Part shown: positions 1 to 9,052 of the stretch, piece after piece
Numbering within the stretch: position 1 is the first letter of the stretch
Layout: the number at the start of each line of letters is the position of its first letter
NCBI GenBank assembly: GCA_963800895.1
Contig: CAWDDA010000008.1
Coordinates: 65,581 to 129,580, forward strand
Reading direction: 5' to 3'
Length of the DNA: 64,000 nucleotides
Origin: an uncultured Acidobacteriota bacterium
Lineage (GTDB): Bacteria; Acidobacteriota; Blastocatellia; RBC074
Notes under the pieces: model-generated
What the model was told of the DNA's origin: nothing
Seen by the model: the letters and a program-made list of their open reading frames with translations, nothing else
Database searches by the model: none
Program-made: the position numbers and the translations under genes

Positions 1-204
1 GGAGGCTTCGGCGAGCGAAACAATCGAGTCTCCAATCCTGATCTCAGCATCGATGACTTTTCCGCTCGGATCTGCAAAACGTTCCAATTCAGTCGCTCCG
101 AACGCGCTCTTATAAAAATCAATTGCTTCCGCGGCTCCATTGACGAATATCCGCGGGGTTACAGTGTGGAAACGTTCAGGTACCGGGTTCACTTTTCCTT
201 TCAT
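1..204 (-). CDS. VOC/glyoxalase (PhnB-like) family protein, runs off the window edge
   Basis: Not in ORF track; manual translation from ATG at 204: MKGKVNPVPERFHTVTPRIFVNGAAEAIDFYKSAFGATELERFADPSGKVIDAEIRIGDS, a typical PhnB-like VOC N-terminus. Confidence 0.85.
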   Translation of the reverse strand, partial: MKGKVNPVPERFHTVTPRIFVNGAAEAIDFYKSAFGATELERFADPSGKVIDAEIRIGDSIVSLAEAS

Positions 205-234
205 ACTGCTTCTCCGCTCTAGAACTGATTCGAG

Positions 235-645
235 TCAGCTTTCATGTTCGAACGGCTGTTTCGAATAGAAGGCTTTGTCGATCTCAATTATCAGCGCAAC
301 CCCTCCAGCTTCGCGATACGGCCAGGGCTCGCCTACGTATTTCATACAGATGGCATCCAGATGCTTGAAGTCAGAGTCCGACCGCCTCTCGACTACACGG
401 CCGCGCATCTGCGCCTGGGTGTAGGGGTCGCGTACATCAGTTATTGAAACTGCGACACGTGGATCACGCCGCGTGTTCCGGCCCTTGACGGACTCATCGT
501 CGGTGCACACGATGATGCGATCGCCTTCGCGGCCTACCCACACCGGCGCACTGTGCGGCGCTCCATCGAGCATCACGCTGGCGAGATGGGCAAAATTTCG
601 ACCATCGATCAGATTCTTCACGTCATCAGACAGAGCGATTCCCAT
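235..645 (-). CDS. PPOX-class (split beta-barrel) putative F420/FMN-dependent oxidoreductase
   Basis: NFAHLASVMLDGAPHSAPVW...KGRNTRRDPRVAVSI motifs; GGAGG RBS before ATG at 645. Confidence 0.85.
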   Translation of the reverse strand: MGIALSDDVKNLIDGRNFAHLASVMLDGAPHSAPVWVGREGDRIIVCTDDESVKGRNTRRDPRVAVSITDVRDPYTQAQMRGRVVERRSDSDFKHLDAICMKYVGEPWPYREAGGVALIIEIDKAFYSKQPFEHES

Positions 646-842
646 ACGTACCTCCATTGACGTGGAGCTTATTCTATCCACCAGCTAAAAGGGAATTTCA
701 ACTTGTTGCCGGTCGGCATGCCAGATGAAGCGAAGCACTTTTGAAATCGCTCGGGCGCGCTTGCGCGAAGCCCGTCTGAAGCGGTTTTTTCGCGCGCAAG
801 TTAAAGGCTTGTTCCGAGAATTCTCAAGTCCCGAGGTAGACG

Positions 843-1253
843 TCACGGCTTGATTAGCTGGTGGCGTCCATCCTTGTTTGTCAATTTCAATGACGTTTCA
901 GAGCCTTGCGCCTGCAGCAGTGCATGTGTAGTGTCAGTCTCACCAAGCAGCCCGAGTCCTGAGCTTTGCTCCGAACCTCCAAGTTTCACAAAGGGCCGTC
1001 CTTCTGCGTCAACCAGTCGCAACATCACGGTCTCGGGATAAGGCTTGCCTCCCGTCGCCTTGCCTGTCTTATCTGCCGGATGCAGCTTGATACTGGCTCG
1101 GACCCTACCCTGCTCATCCACCATTTCAATCTGCCTCGCGCGGAGCACCGCCGGTACGCTATCAGCGTCTACTCGCTTAACCTGCGCAAGCAGGAATACC
1201 ATTAGTCCGAAATTGAGCACTGTGAGCGCGATGAGAAGTCGCTGAATCTTCAT
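843..1253 (-). CDS. Hypothetical exported or membrane-anchored protein
   Basis: N-terminal hydrophobic helix; VLRARQIEMVDEQGRVRA segment; AAGGA RBS. Confidence 0.7.
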   Translation of the reverse strand: MKIQRLLIALTVLNFGLMVFLLAQVKRVDADSVPAVLRARQIEMVDEQGRVRASIKLHPADKTGKATGGKPYPETVMLRLVDAEGRPFVKLGGSEQSSGLGLLGETDTTHALLQAQGSETSLKLTNKDGRHQLIKP

Positions 1254-1334
1254 GATTGTCCTTCTTTCTTCTTTGGTTGATTCCAGAGTTTGATCTACCG
1301 CTTAAGACGCATCACGGTCCGGATTTCTTCCATT

Positions 1335-1763
1335 CTATTCGATATGCCCAGTGACCGGGCGTTTGATCAAACCGATTCCCAATGTGACCACGCCCGCAGC
1401 CAGGATCAGGGCGCCAACATATGCCAGATAAATGAGCGCGTTTGGTTCAGTCGCGTCAGGCATCAACACGGAAAAGAAGAATGCCACCGGCAGCAGTATG
1501 GCAGCCGATGGAATTGCCAGCCGCACGAACCCCTTCGATGATTCTGAAAGGTTTGCTTCATCTACGTAGCGAAGGGAGATTAGCGTCAGGAGCAGCAGTA
1601 CGCCAGCGTGCGCATGACCGGCCCTCCAGAGATCTTGCCTGAGCTGATTCCTCATGTATTCGGGTGTTCCGATCAACAAGGTAAGGATACTGACACCGCC
1701 GATCATTACCGTTGGAAGGAGGATCAGAATAGCGCCCGCAACTCGCCTCGATTTTGGACTCAT
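1335..1763 (-). CDS. Hypothetical 4-TM membrane protein with RAGHAHAG motif
   Basis: Four hydrophobic segments; AGGAGA RBS before ATG at 1763 (MSPKSRR). Confidence 0.75.
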   Translation of the reverse strand: MSPKSRRVAGAILILLPTVMIGGVSILTLLIGTPEYMRNQLRQDLWRAGHAHAGVLLLLTLISLRYVDEANLSESSKGFVRLAIPSAAILLPVAFFFSVLMPDATEPNALIYLAYVGALILAAGVVTLGIGLIKRPVTGHIE

Positions 1764-1861
1764 AGATTCTCTCCTTTCTGATATTGTCGCGGTGGCGATG
1801 CCACCGATGCGCCGGCCAGAGACCGGCGCTAACCAGGTCACATGTCACGTTAAGGGAGAAC

Positions 1862-2842
1862 ATGGCACGAACGCAATTAGGAAAGTTGCCGGGCGCCCGT
1901 AAGGCGGCGCTGCCGGGGTTCATAGCACCACAGCTCGCAACGCTTGTGGTTGAGCCGCCGTCCGGCTCTCAGTGGTTGCATGAGTTGAAGTTTGATGGTT
2001 ACAGAATGCTCTGCCGTATTGATGGTGGCAAGGTTCAGTTCTGGAGCCGCAACGGCAACGATTGGACCGCGAAGTTCCTCAATCTCGTTGAAGAAGTCAG
2101 AACTCTTCCGGTCAAGACTGCGATCATCGACGGTGAGATCGTAGTCGAGGACGCAAAGGGTCACGCAAGTTTTCAGTCACTACAGCGAGCATTGGGAAAC
2201 AGCGTGAAAGCGCAATTCCTGTTTCACGTTTTTGATCTTATTTACCTCGACGGCTTCAATCTCACAGGTACTCCGCTTAGAGAAAGAAAGCGTGTCCTCA
2301 TGGAGGTCTGCAAATCGGCCAATAGCCGGGGACGAATTCAGTACAGCGACCACGTTGAAGGTAATGGAGAGGCCTTTTTCAAGCGCGCTTGTAGTTACGG
2401 AATAGAAGGAATCGTTTCCAAGCTCGCGGACTCACTCTACGAGTCTACGCGTAACAAGAACTGGCTGAAGATCAAATGCAATAAGCAGCAGGAGTTTGTC
2501 ATCGCTGGACATACCCCGTCCGCGAAAGGTCTTCCCGGATTTGGCTCTTTGATTCTGAGCGTCTACCAGGACGGAACGTTGATCTATGCCGGACGTGTAG
2601 GCACAGGTTTCAGCCTCAAACAGCGAGTTGAGTTAAGAAAGAAACTCGACAAGCTCACACGCAAGACCTCCCCTTTCGCTCATACGCCAAAGGACCCTGG
2701 GCTTCGCGAAGCTCAATGGGTAGAGCCCAAACTGGTCGCCGCGATAACCTTTACCGAATGGACTTCCGATGGATCAATCCGCCACCCGTCATTCCAGGGA
2801 CTGCGCGAGGATAAGAGTGCCAGGGAAGTCGTACGCGAGTAA
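1862..2842 (+). CDS. ligD: ATP-dependent DNA ligase, LigD-type ligase domain only (NHEJ)
   Basis: ELKFDGYR motif I, DGEIV, FDLIYLDG, EGIVSK, WLKIK, VGTGF, RHPSFQGLREDK; GGGAG RBS before ATG 1862. Confidence 0.9.
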   Translation: MARTQLGKLPGARKAALPGFIAPQLATLVVEPPSGSQWLHELKFDGYRMLCRIDGGKVQFWSRNGNDWTAKFLNLVEEVRTLPVKTAIIDGEIVVEDAKGHASFQSLQRALGNSVKAQFLFHVFDLIYLDGFNLTGTPLRERKRVLMEVCKSANSRGRIQYSDHVEGNGEAFFKRACSYGIEGIVSKLADSLYESTRNKNWLKIKCNKQQEFVIAGHTPSAKGLPGFGSLILSVYQDGTLIYAGRVGTGFSLKQRVELRKKLDKLTRKTSPFAHTPKDPGLREAQWVEPKLVAAITFTEWTSDGSIRHPSFQGLREDKSAREVVRE

Positions 2843-2983
2843 CAGCCGCGAAGATATTGTCTGCAACCGGTAACCACTTCCGGCGTTCAAACAGTGAGTG
2901 AAGTTTGAGTTCAAGCTTTTAGCTTGCCGTCGGCGCAGAAGGCGACGGCGAGATGCTAACGGAGTGCGGACAAGGAGTGTCGT

Positions 2984-4216
2984 ATGAAGTACATCACAAC
3001 TCTATTCTCGCTGGCTGTAGTTGTCGTCGCGGCGCTGTGGACACAGACCGTGACAAAGACTGGTACTAACACCGGGACCAGTACTGGTAACAAGATGGAA
3101 ACTTCCCGTGACGTGGTTACCACGACGGTCTCGGCGCCAGTTGCAGCAGCAGTAGACAAAGGCGCCAAGTGGCTTGTCTCGGTGCAGGGCGCGGATGGTG
3201 GCTGGGGTCAGGACGGCAGCGGCACCTCGTACAACAGGCCGGATGACCGTCAGGAGTCGAAAGGCAATGACGTAGCCAACACGGCGGTGGCGGCCCTGGC
3301 CCTTCTTCGGGCCGGCAAGCAGTACCAGCCCAACGTGGAACGTGCGCTGGATTTCATTCTGCAAAGAGTAGAGGCAAGCCCGGCTGACGGACTGCAGATC
3401 ACCGAGGTCCAGGGAATGCAGACCCAGATCCAGCGAAAACTGGGGCCTTACATCGATACATTCCTTGCGTCGATGTTACTCTCACAGGTTGATGGCACTC
3501 TCGCCAAGGCAGCTCTCAACACGCGCGTAAGGAAAGGGCTCGAAAAGTGTGTGGCAAAGATTGAGCGAAATCAGAAAGGCGACGGAAGCTGGAATATCGA
3601 AGGCGGCTGGGCACCGGTGCTTGGAACGTCATTGGCATCTCGCAGCTTGTATGAAGCACAAAAGAAGGGCGTAAAAGTTGAATCCGAAGTTCTGGCGTCC
3701 GCTGATAACTATACGGTCAAAGCTTTGGAGCGGGCGGAAATGCGGCCGGGTGTTGGGACTGGAAGTGGCGCGGCTGTCGGAGGTGGCGCTGGCCGAGGGG
3801 GTTACTCAGCGGCCTCAGCCACGCCAGGCAGGTACGGAGGTGCGACTGTTTCGGAATCGGCCGGAGTCGACCTCTACCAGAGCGCACAGGCACTCGAGCA
3901 GTTGAGCCGCACGCCTGCGGACCGCAGGAAGAATGCTAAGGAGATCGATTCGATCCGGGCGAAGCTTGGCGACGCGAAGTTTGTGGAAGGCTACGGCTCA
4001 ATTGGTGGAGAGGAATTCTTTTCCTACCTCAATGTCAGCGATGGGCTGAAGCGAGCAGGTGGTGAAGAATGGAAGCTGTGGCATTCAAAGATCACAGAGA
4101 AAATATTGAAGCTGCAAAACAGCGACGGGACGTGGGCAGGTCATCATTGCATCACCGGGCGTGTTGCCGTGACCAGCGCTGCAATCCTTAACCTCACCGT
4201 GGATCGTGCAAATTGA
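2984..4216 (+). CDS. Exported prenyltransferase/squalene-oxidase-repeat (alpha/alpha toroid) protein
   Basis: Signal peptide, Thr-rich linker, QW-like repeats WLVSVQGADGGWG, QKGDGSW, LQNSDGTW. Confidence 0.75.
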   Translation: MKYITTLFSLAVVVVAALWTQTVTKTGTNTGTSTGNKMETSRDVVTTTVSAPVAAAVDKGAKWLVSVQGADGGWGQDGSGTSYNRPDDRQESKGNDVANTAVAALALLRAGKQYQPNVERALDFILQRVEASPADGLQITEVQGMQTQIQRKLGPYIDTFLASMLLSQVDGTLAKAALNTRVRKGLEKCVAKIERNQKGDGSWNIEGGWAPVLGTSLASRSLYEAQKKGVKVESEVLASADNYTVKALERAEMRPGVGTGSGAAVGGGAGRGGYSAASATPGRYGGATVSESAGVDLYQSAQALEQLSRTPADRRKNAKEIDSIRAKLGDAKFVEGYGSIGGEEFFSYLNVSDGLKRAGGEEWKLWHSKITEKILKLQNSDGTWAGHHCITGRVAVTSAAILNLTVDRAN

Positions 4217-5264
4217 CCGCCGTACATTCGTTCTGTCTCTCGTGGCCGCATCTGCGTCGGCTGGTGCGGCATGTTTACTCGGCGAAAAGAGTGCGTCACT
4301 AAAGAGAGCGGCCGAATATCTCTGGTCGCAGCAGGCTGACGACGGAGGCTTCCATAGCTCCACGTACGGTTTGCTCAAGTCCGGTCAATCTTTAACGCCT
4401 TTCGTGCTTGACGCACTGTTGCATGTGCCTGAGAGTGCTGTACCGGTGCCTCCTGAGGCAATCGAGCGAGCTTTAAAGTTCATCAGGGAACACACTGACG
4501 CTCAAGGTGCGCTTGGGCGAATGGATGATACCTCCGCCGACTATCCTAACTATTCCACTGCACTTGCTGTGACCGTGATGGCAAAGGCCAGGCGCGGCGG
4601 TTATGAAAAGGATATCGCTCCCATGGTATCGCAACTTCGTGAGCAACAGTTCAGCGAGGCGAATGGATGGAGGCGAGAAGACGCACCCTACGGTGCGTGG
4701 GGGATGGGAGGACCAATTCACCGGCCTCCGGAAGCGGGTCACGTTGATCTGTCGATGACGCGTTACGTGCTGGAGGCACTGAAGAGTGCTGGCGTTGCCA
4801 CTTACGATGCCGTGATGACGCGAGCACGCGCATATCTCGAACGCTCACAGAATGCCGATGGAGGATTCTATTTTTCAACCGTCAATCCCGATACCAATAA
4901 GGCGGGTGAGGTGGACGGTCACTTTGCGAGTTATGGTACTGCAACAGCGGATGGGGTTCTGGCCTTGCGGGCTCTGGGGCTTCCGGAAACTGACAATCGA
5001 ATTGTGAAGGCAATCAAGTGGCTGAAGGACCACCACCGTTCTGATCGCGCCTCGGGATTCGACGTTGAGCCTTATCAGTCGTGGGGAACAGGGCTGCGGT
5101 TTTACTACGCGTATGTTATCTCACGTACGCTACCTGAGTTGCCCGTGGAGCTTCCTGAGCAACAGAACGACGGCAGCTTCCGCAATCCGAGCAACCTCGT
5201 GAAAGAGGATGACCCGTTGATCGCTACTCCCTTCGCGCTCCATGTACTTGCTGCACGCACATGA
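4206..5264 (+). CDS. Prenyltransferase/squalene-oxidase-repeat protein, probable Tat (lipo)protein
   Basis: DRRTFV twin-arginine motif then AAC; repeats YLWSQQADDGGF, YLERSQNADGGF, QQNDGSF; overlaps upstream gene. Confidence 0.75.
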   Translation: MQIDRRTFVLSLVAASASAGAACLLGEKSASLKRAAEYLWSQQADDGGFHSSTYGLLKSGQSLTPFVLDALLHVPESAVPVPPEAIERALKFIREHTDAQGALGRMDDTSADYPNYSTALAVTVMAKARRGGYEKDIAPMVSQLREQQFSEANGWRREDAPYGAWGMGGPIHRPPEAGHVDLSMTRYVLEALKSAGVATYDAVMTRARAYLERSQNADGGFYFSTVNPDTNKAGEVDGHFASYGTATADGVLALRALGLPETDNRIVKAIKWLKDHHRSDRASGFDVEPYQSWGTGLRFYYAYVISRTLPELPVELPEQQNDGSFRNPSNLVKEDDPLIATPFALHVLAART

Positions 5265-5713
5265 AAATCCGATGTCTTTTCTGTCAGATCATCAGCGGCG
5301 AGGTCCCGTCTGCTGTTGTCTTTGAAGATGAGCTGACGTTCACATTTCTGGATCACCGCCCCCTCTTTCACGGGCACTGCCTGCTGGTGCCAAAACATCA
5401 CTTCGAAACGCTGGCAGATCTGCCTGCGAACTTGATTGCGCCCCTGTTCGCGAATGCGCAACTCCTGGCGAGTGCAGTTGAAGAAGCGATGGAAGCAGAG
5501 GGCACTTTCGTGGCGATGAACAACCGTGTCAGTCAAAGCGTGCCTCATCTTCATATCCATGTCGTTCCTCGACGAAAGAAAGATGGATTGAGGGGATTCT
5601 TCTGGCCAAGGCAGAAGTATTCGAATGATCAGGAAATAACGGATGTACAACGACTCATTCAGACAAGAATCGGCGTGCTTCAAGAGCTCAGGTCGAAGAC
5701 CGGGAAAGGTTGA
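5261..5713 (+). CDS. HIT family hydrolase
   Basis: CLFC, GHCLLVPKHH, QSVPHLHIHVVPR histidine triad. Confidence 0.95.
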   Translation: MKIRCLFCQIISGEVPSAVVFEDELTFTFLDHRPLFHGHCLLVPKHHFETLADLPANLIAPLFANAQLLASAVEEAMEAEGTFVAMNNRVSQSVPHLHIHVVPRRKKDGLRGFFWPRQKYSNDQEITDVQRLIQTRIGVLQELRSKTGKG

Positions 5714-5719
5714 ATCTCA

Positions 5720-6274
5720 ATGAGAGTAAAGTTCATTCTTTTGGTTCTCATTTTCTCTTCGCTTTCGCCTGCGCAGGATTCGACTGTAAATCTTACGTTT
5801 GAGCCGGAGAGCCAACGCTTTGAACAGGCGGTGGAGGAGTACCGCAAGCTATGGGCAAGTGAAGGCAAGCGAATCATCGAGGCGCTCGAAAGTGTTTCAG
5901 GGTTGCGGTTTCAGGAGCGAGAGGTGAGGGCGATCGTCTTCGAGGGGCCGAGCAACTCGGGAGGGCCTGCTGGACCAATGAAGATGCGAGCCAGTTATCC
6001 AGCAGATGTGAAAAAGGCGACACTTGCCCACGAACTGGGTCATCGAATGAACTTCCAGATAAAGAAGCGTCCAAAGGAACTGGATGAACATCGTATCCTG
6101 TTCCTGTATCTTTATGACGTCTGGGAGAAGCTCTATGGAAAGACATTCGCCGACGAGCAGGTTACGATCGAAAAAGGGCGGAAGGGTTTGTATGACTACG
6201 ACTCCGCCTGGAAGTGGGCTTTGTCGATGACCAAAGAAGAGCGGGCGGCAAAGTTTAGAGCCCTGGTGAAGTAA
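5720..6274 (+). CDS. Exported protein with zincin-like HExxH motif
   Basis: Signal peptide; LAHELGH. Confidence 0.65.
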   Translation: MRVKFILLVLIFSSLSPAQDSTVNLTFEPESQRFEQAVEEYRKLWASEGKRIIEALESVSGLRFQEREVRAIVFEGPSNSGGPAGPMKMRASYPADVKKATLAHELGHRMNFQIKKRPKELDEHRILFLYLYDVWEKLYGKTFADEQVTIEKGRKGLYDYDSAWKWALSMTKEERAAKFRALVK

Positions 6275-6348
6275 GTTTGGAGTTCAAGCTTTAGCTTGCT
6301 GGTTGCCAGGTAGAATGTTAAGAGCAAGCTAAAGCTTGAACTCTAAAC
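6275..6348. repeat. REP-like inverted pair, family A (GAGTTCAAGCTTTAGCTTGC)
   Basis: GAGTTCAAGCTTTAGCTTGCT ... AGCAAGCTAAAGCTTGAACTC; other copies near 2907, 10458, 20620/20667, 26063/26091, 43859/43951, 56743/56788. Confidence 0.85.
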
Positions 6349-6372
6349 CTTGAACTCTAACCTCGGAAAGAA

Positions 6373-7923
6373 ATGACCACCATAAACCGCTCTACGCAGG
6401 CGGCCTGGACATATCACAACCTTACCAAGCATTCCTTCTGGAGCGTGCGACAGAACGCGCACATTTTTGACTGGCCAAACAAACCGCATGATTTCAAATA
6501 CTACATTGATCTCGCTCCCATCGAGCTTCCCCGCGATGTTCCACCCCTCGACTTTCCAGCACTCGAGTCCATTCGAGCCAGCGTGGCGGATAAAGAGACC
6601 GAATCCCTGCCGACTCTTATTGATCTTGTACAACTGCTCTATTACTCGGCTGGCATAACAAGGAAACGAAGTTACTCAGGCGGTGAAATACTGTATCGCG
6701 CCGCATCGTGCACGGGCGCCCTTTACGAGATTGAACTCTATGTAGTGTGTGGCGGCATTGCAGAGCTCGAAGCGGGGGTATATCACTTCAGTCCACGCGA
6801 TCTTTCACTGAGGCAGTTGCGAAAAGGGGATTACCGCGCCTTCGTTTCGCGAGCCACTGGAGATGAGCCCCACGTCGCGGCCGCACCGTTGATCGTTATC
6901 AGTACTGGAACCTACTGGCGAAACTCGTGGAAGTACCAGGCGCGCACCTACAGGCATTTCGGCTGGGACAACGGAACTATCCTCGCGAACCTCTTTGCCT
7001 CCTGCACTGCGCTCGATCTTCCATACTTTCTTTGTATGGGTTTCGTTGACGACGAGATCAATCAGCTTCTCGGCCTCGACACTCTGCGTGAAGTCGCATT
7101 TTCGATGGTAGCCATCGGCAGAACGTCTGAAACTCATCCTCCATCACCTCTCGTGGAAACAATCGCTCTACGAACTCTCGCACTCTCCCCGCGCGAGGTG
7201 GACTATCCAGCAATGCGGGAAATGCACAGTGCATCTTTCCTTGTGAGCGCGGACGAGGTGATCGAGTGGCGAGAGCAGGGACGGGCTGAAGGTGAGTGGC
7301 CGTCGGCCGATTATCGGTGGCCGGTGAAAGAAGGATCACAAGTGACTGCTATGTCCGGGAGAGGGTTGGGAGACGTGATTCTCAAGCGCGGATCAACTCG
7401 CCGCTTTGCACGGAGTGAGTCATTAACATTCGACGAGTTTTCGACACTTCTTGAGCGCTCGCTCAGCGGTATCCACGCTGACTTCCTGTCACCGTTCGGT
7501 ATGCACTTGAACTCGGTCTATTTGATTGTTAACGCGGTTGATGGTCTCGAGCCCGGCGCTTATGCGTTGCGGGAACCTTTGCAGCTTCTGAAGAGTGGCG
7601 ATTTTCGTGGGCAGGCAGGTTATCTCGGACTCGAGCAGGATCTCCCGGCCGATGCAAGTTTCACGGTCTTTCTTATGGCTGATCTGGACAGAGTGCTCGA
7701 ACGTTTCGGTAATCGAGGATACCGTGCAGTTCAGCTCGAGTCAGGTATCATCGGCGGACGGATGTATCTCGCGGCGTATGCGCAAGGCTTTGGTGCGACA
7801 GGGCTCACGTTCTATGACGATGACGTTGCCAACTTCTTCTCGCCCGACGCACGAGGAAAGAGCGCCATTTTTCACCTTGCCTTCGGGCGTTCAGCCTCTC
7901 GTCGCATGCGGATGATGGAGTGA
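6373..7923 (+). CDS. SagB/ThcOx-family dehydrogenase with tandem nitroreductase domains
   Basis: YHNLTKHS, RAASCTGALYEIELY, WKYQARTYRH, second domain RGSTRRF...RGYRAVQLESG...GATGLTFYDD. Confidence 0.85.
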   Translation: MTTINRSTQAAWTYHNLTKHSFWSVRQNAHIFDWPNKPHDFKYYIDLAPIELPRDVPPLDFPALESIRASVADKETESLPTLIDLVQLLYYSAGITRKRSYSGGEILYRAASCTGALYEIELYVVCGGIAELEAGVYHFSPRDLSLRQLRKGDYRAFVSRATGDEPHVAAAPLIVISTGTYWRNSWKYQARTYRHFGWDNGTILANLFASCTALDLPYFLCMGFVDDEINQLLGLDTLREVAFSMVAIGRTSETHPPSPLVETIALRTLALSPREVDYPAMREMHSASFLVSADEVIEWREQGRAEGEWPSADYRWPVKEGSQVTAMSGRGLGDVILKRGSTRRFARSESLTFDEFSTLLERSLSGIHADFLSPFGMHLNSVYLIVNAVDGLEPGAYALREPLQLLKSGDFRGQAGYLGLEQDLPADASFTVFLMADLDRVLERFGNRGYRAVQLESGIIGGRMYLAAYAQGFGATGLTFYDDDVANFFSPDARGKSAIFHLAFGRSASRRMRMME

Positions 7924-7954
7924 CGTCGGATACGGCGCGTAGGAGGTACCAGGA

Positions 7955-8869
7955 ATGCAAGTGGTTCTTTTAGTGATTCTCCTTACTGCTGTAGCAGGAA
8001 TGCGAGTTGCGGGTCTTCAGCAGGAGCCTGATGTCGGCTTTGACACGAAAGTAGCCCGCCCTGCCTTTACGACATCCCATCCAAAAGTTCTCATCGATGA
8101 GGCCCACAATAACTTTCACACTGCAGACGGGCGCTATAAGCCTTTCGCGACGCTCCTCGCGAACGATGGCTATCAGGTCCTGCCCGGTAAAGACAAGTTC
8201 GAAGCGGCCAGGCTCAAGGGCCATGACATACTTGTTATTGCCAATGCTCTTGGAGCAGCGAACATGGCCCTTGAAGGTGCAGACAGACCAGCATTCACCG
8301 AAGCTGAGTGTGATGCTGTACGTGACTGGGTGCGAGAAGGAGGAGCTCTTTTGCTGATTGCGGATCACGCGCCAATAGGCGGAGCGAACGAAGTGCTTGG
8401 CAAACGTTTTGGCGTCGATATGAGCAAAGGCCACACACTCGATACGGCGCACGCTGATCTCAAGAACGGAGGAAATGATGGCTGGCTGATCTTTTCGCGT
8501 GAGAATGGTCTTCTTGGAGATCATCCAATCACGCGGGGACGTGACGCGCGCGAGAAGATAAATAGCGTAACGACCTTCACCGGCCAATCACTCAAAGGGG
8601 GTGAAGGAAGCGCGTCTTTTCTCAAACTGGCAGACACCGCTGGCGACCTTGATCCAAAGACTAAAAAAGAAGTCTCGGCCGCAGGGCGCGCGCAAGGTAT
8701 AGCTCTCCGTTTTGGGAAGGGGCGTGCAGTCGTCCTCGGCGAAGCCGCGATGATGACCGCACAGCTGGCCGGACCGAACAAAATGAAGTTTGGCATGAAC
8801 AGAGAAGGCAATGACAACAAGCAACTGGCGCTGAATGTCATGCACTGGTTATCGGGACTTCTTGATTGA
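7955..8869 (+). CDS. Exported class I glutamine-amidotransferase-like (DUF4350-like) protein
   Basis: Signal peptide; VLIDEAHNNFHT, GGALLLIADHAP, GRAVVLGEAAM, N-x-x-LALNVMHWL. Confidence 0.7.
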   Translation: MQVVLLVILLTAVAGMRVAGLQQEPDVGFDTKVARPAFTTSHPKVLIDEAHNNFHTADGRYKPFATLLANDGYQVLPGKDKFEAARLKGHDILVIANALGAANMALEGADRPAFTEAECDAVRDWVREGGALLLIADHAPIGGANEVLGKRFGVDMSKGHTLDTAHADLKNGGNDGWLIFSRENGLLGDHPITRGRDAREKINSVTTFTGQSLKGGEGSASFLKLADTAGDLDPKTKKEVSAAGRAQGIALRFGKGRAVVLGEAAMMTAQLAGPNKMKFGMNREGNDNKQLALNVMHWLSGLLD

Positions 8870-8899
8870 TCGAACAACTATCGCTGCCGAGGAGTCATA

Positions 8900-8989
8900 C
8901 GTGTTCAGTAGCCCGACCGTTAGGGAGGGCTTGCACGAGCCAGCGGTTAGCAGACGAGCCCTGACCCTTAAGGTCGGGCTACTGACACG
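8900..8989. repeat. REP-like inverted pair between convergent genes (probable terminator role)
   Basis: CGTGTTCAGTAGCCCGACCGTTAGGG ... CCCTTAAGGTCGGGCTACTGACACG. Confidence 0.75.
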
Positions 8990-9052
8990 GCGCACGTGCG
9001 TAAAGCGTGTTGCCAGAGATTTGCGCTGACTTTTAGGACCGCAACGCGCCGG

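Noticed and set aside
690-830. Possible structured RNA upstream of the PPOX gene
   Set aside because: Only a short imperfect GCGCG-rich inverted repeat; no recognisable riboswitch or tRNA features
2984-5264. Squalene-hopene cyclase split by a frameshift
   Set aside because: No DXDD motif and each ORF has its own export signal
5720-8869. RiPP/TOMM biosynthetic cluster
   Set aside because: No YcaO, precursor peptide or transporter visible
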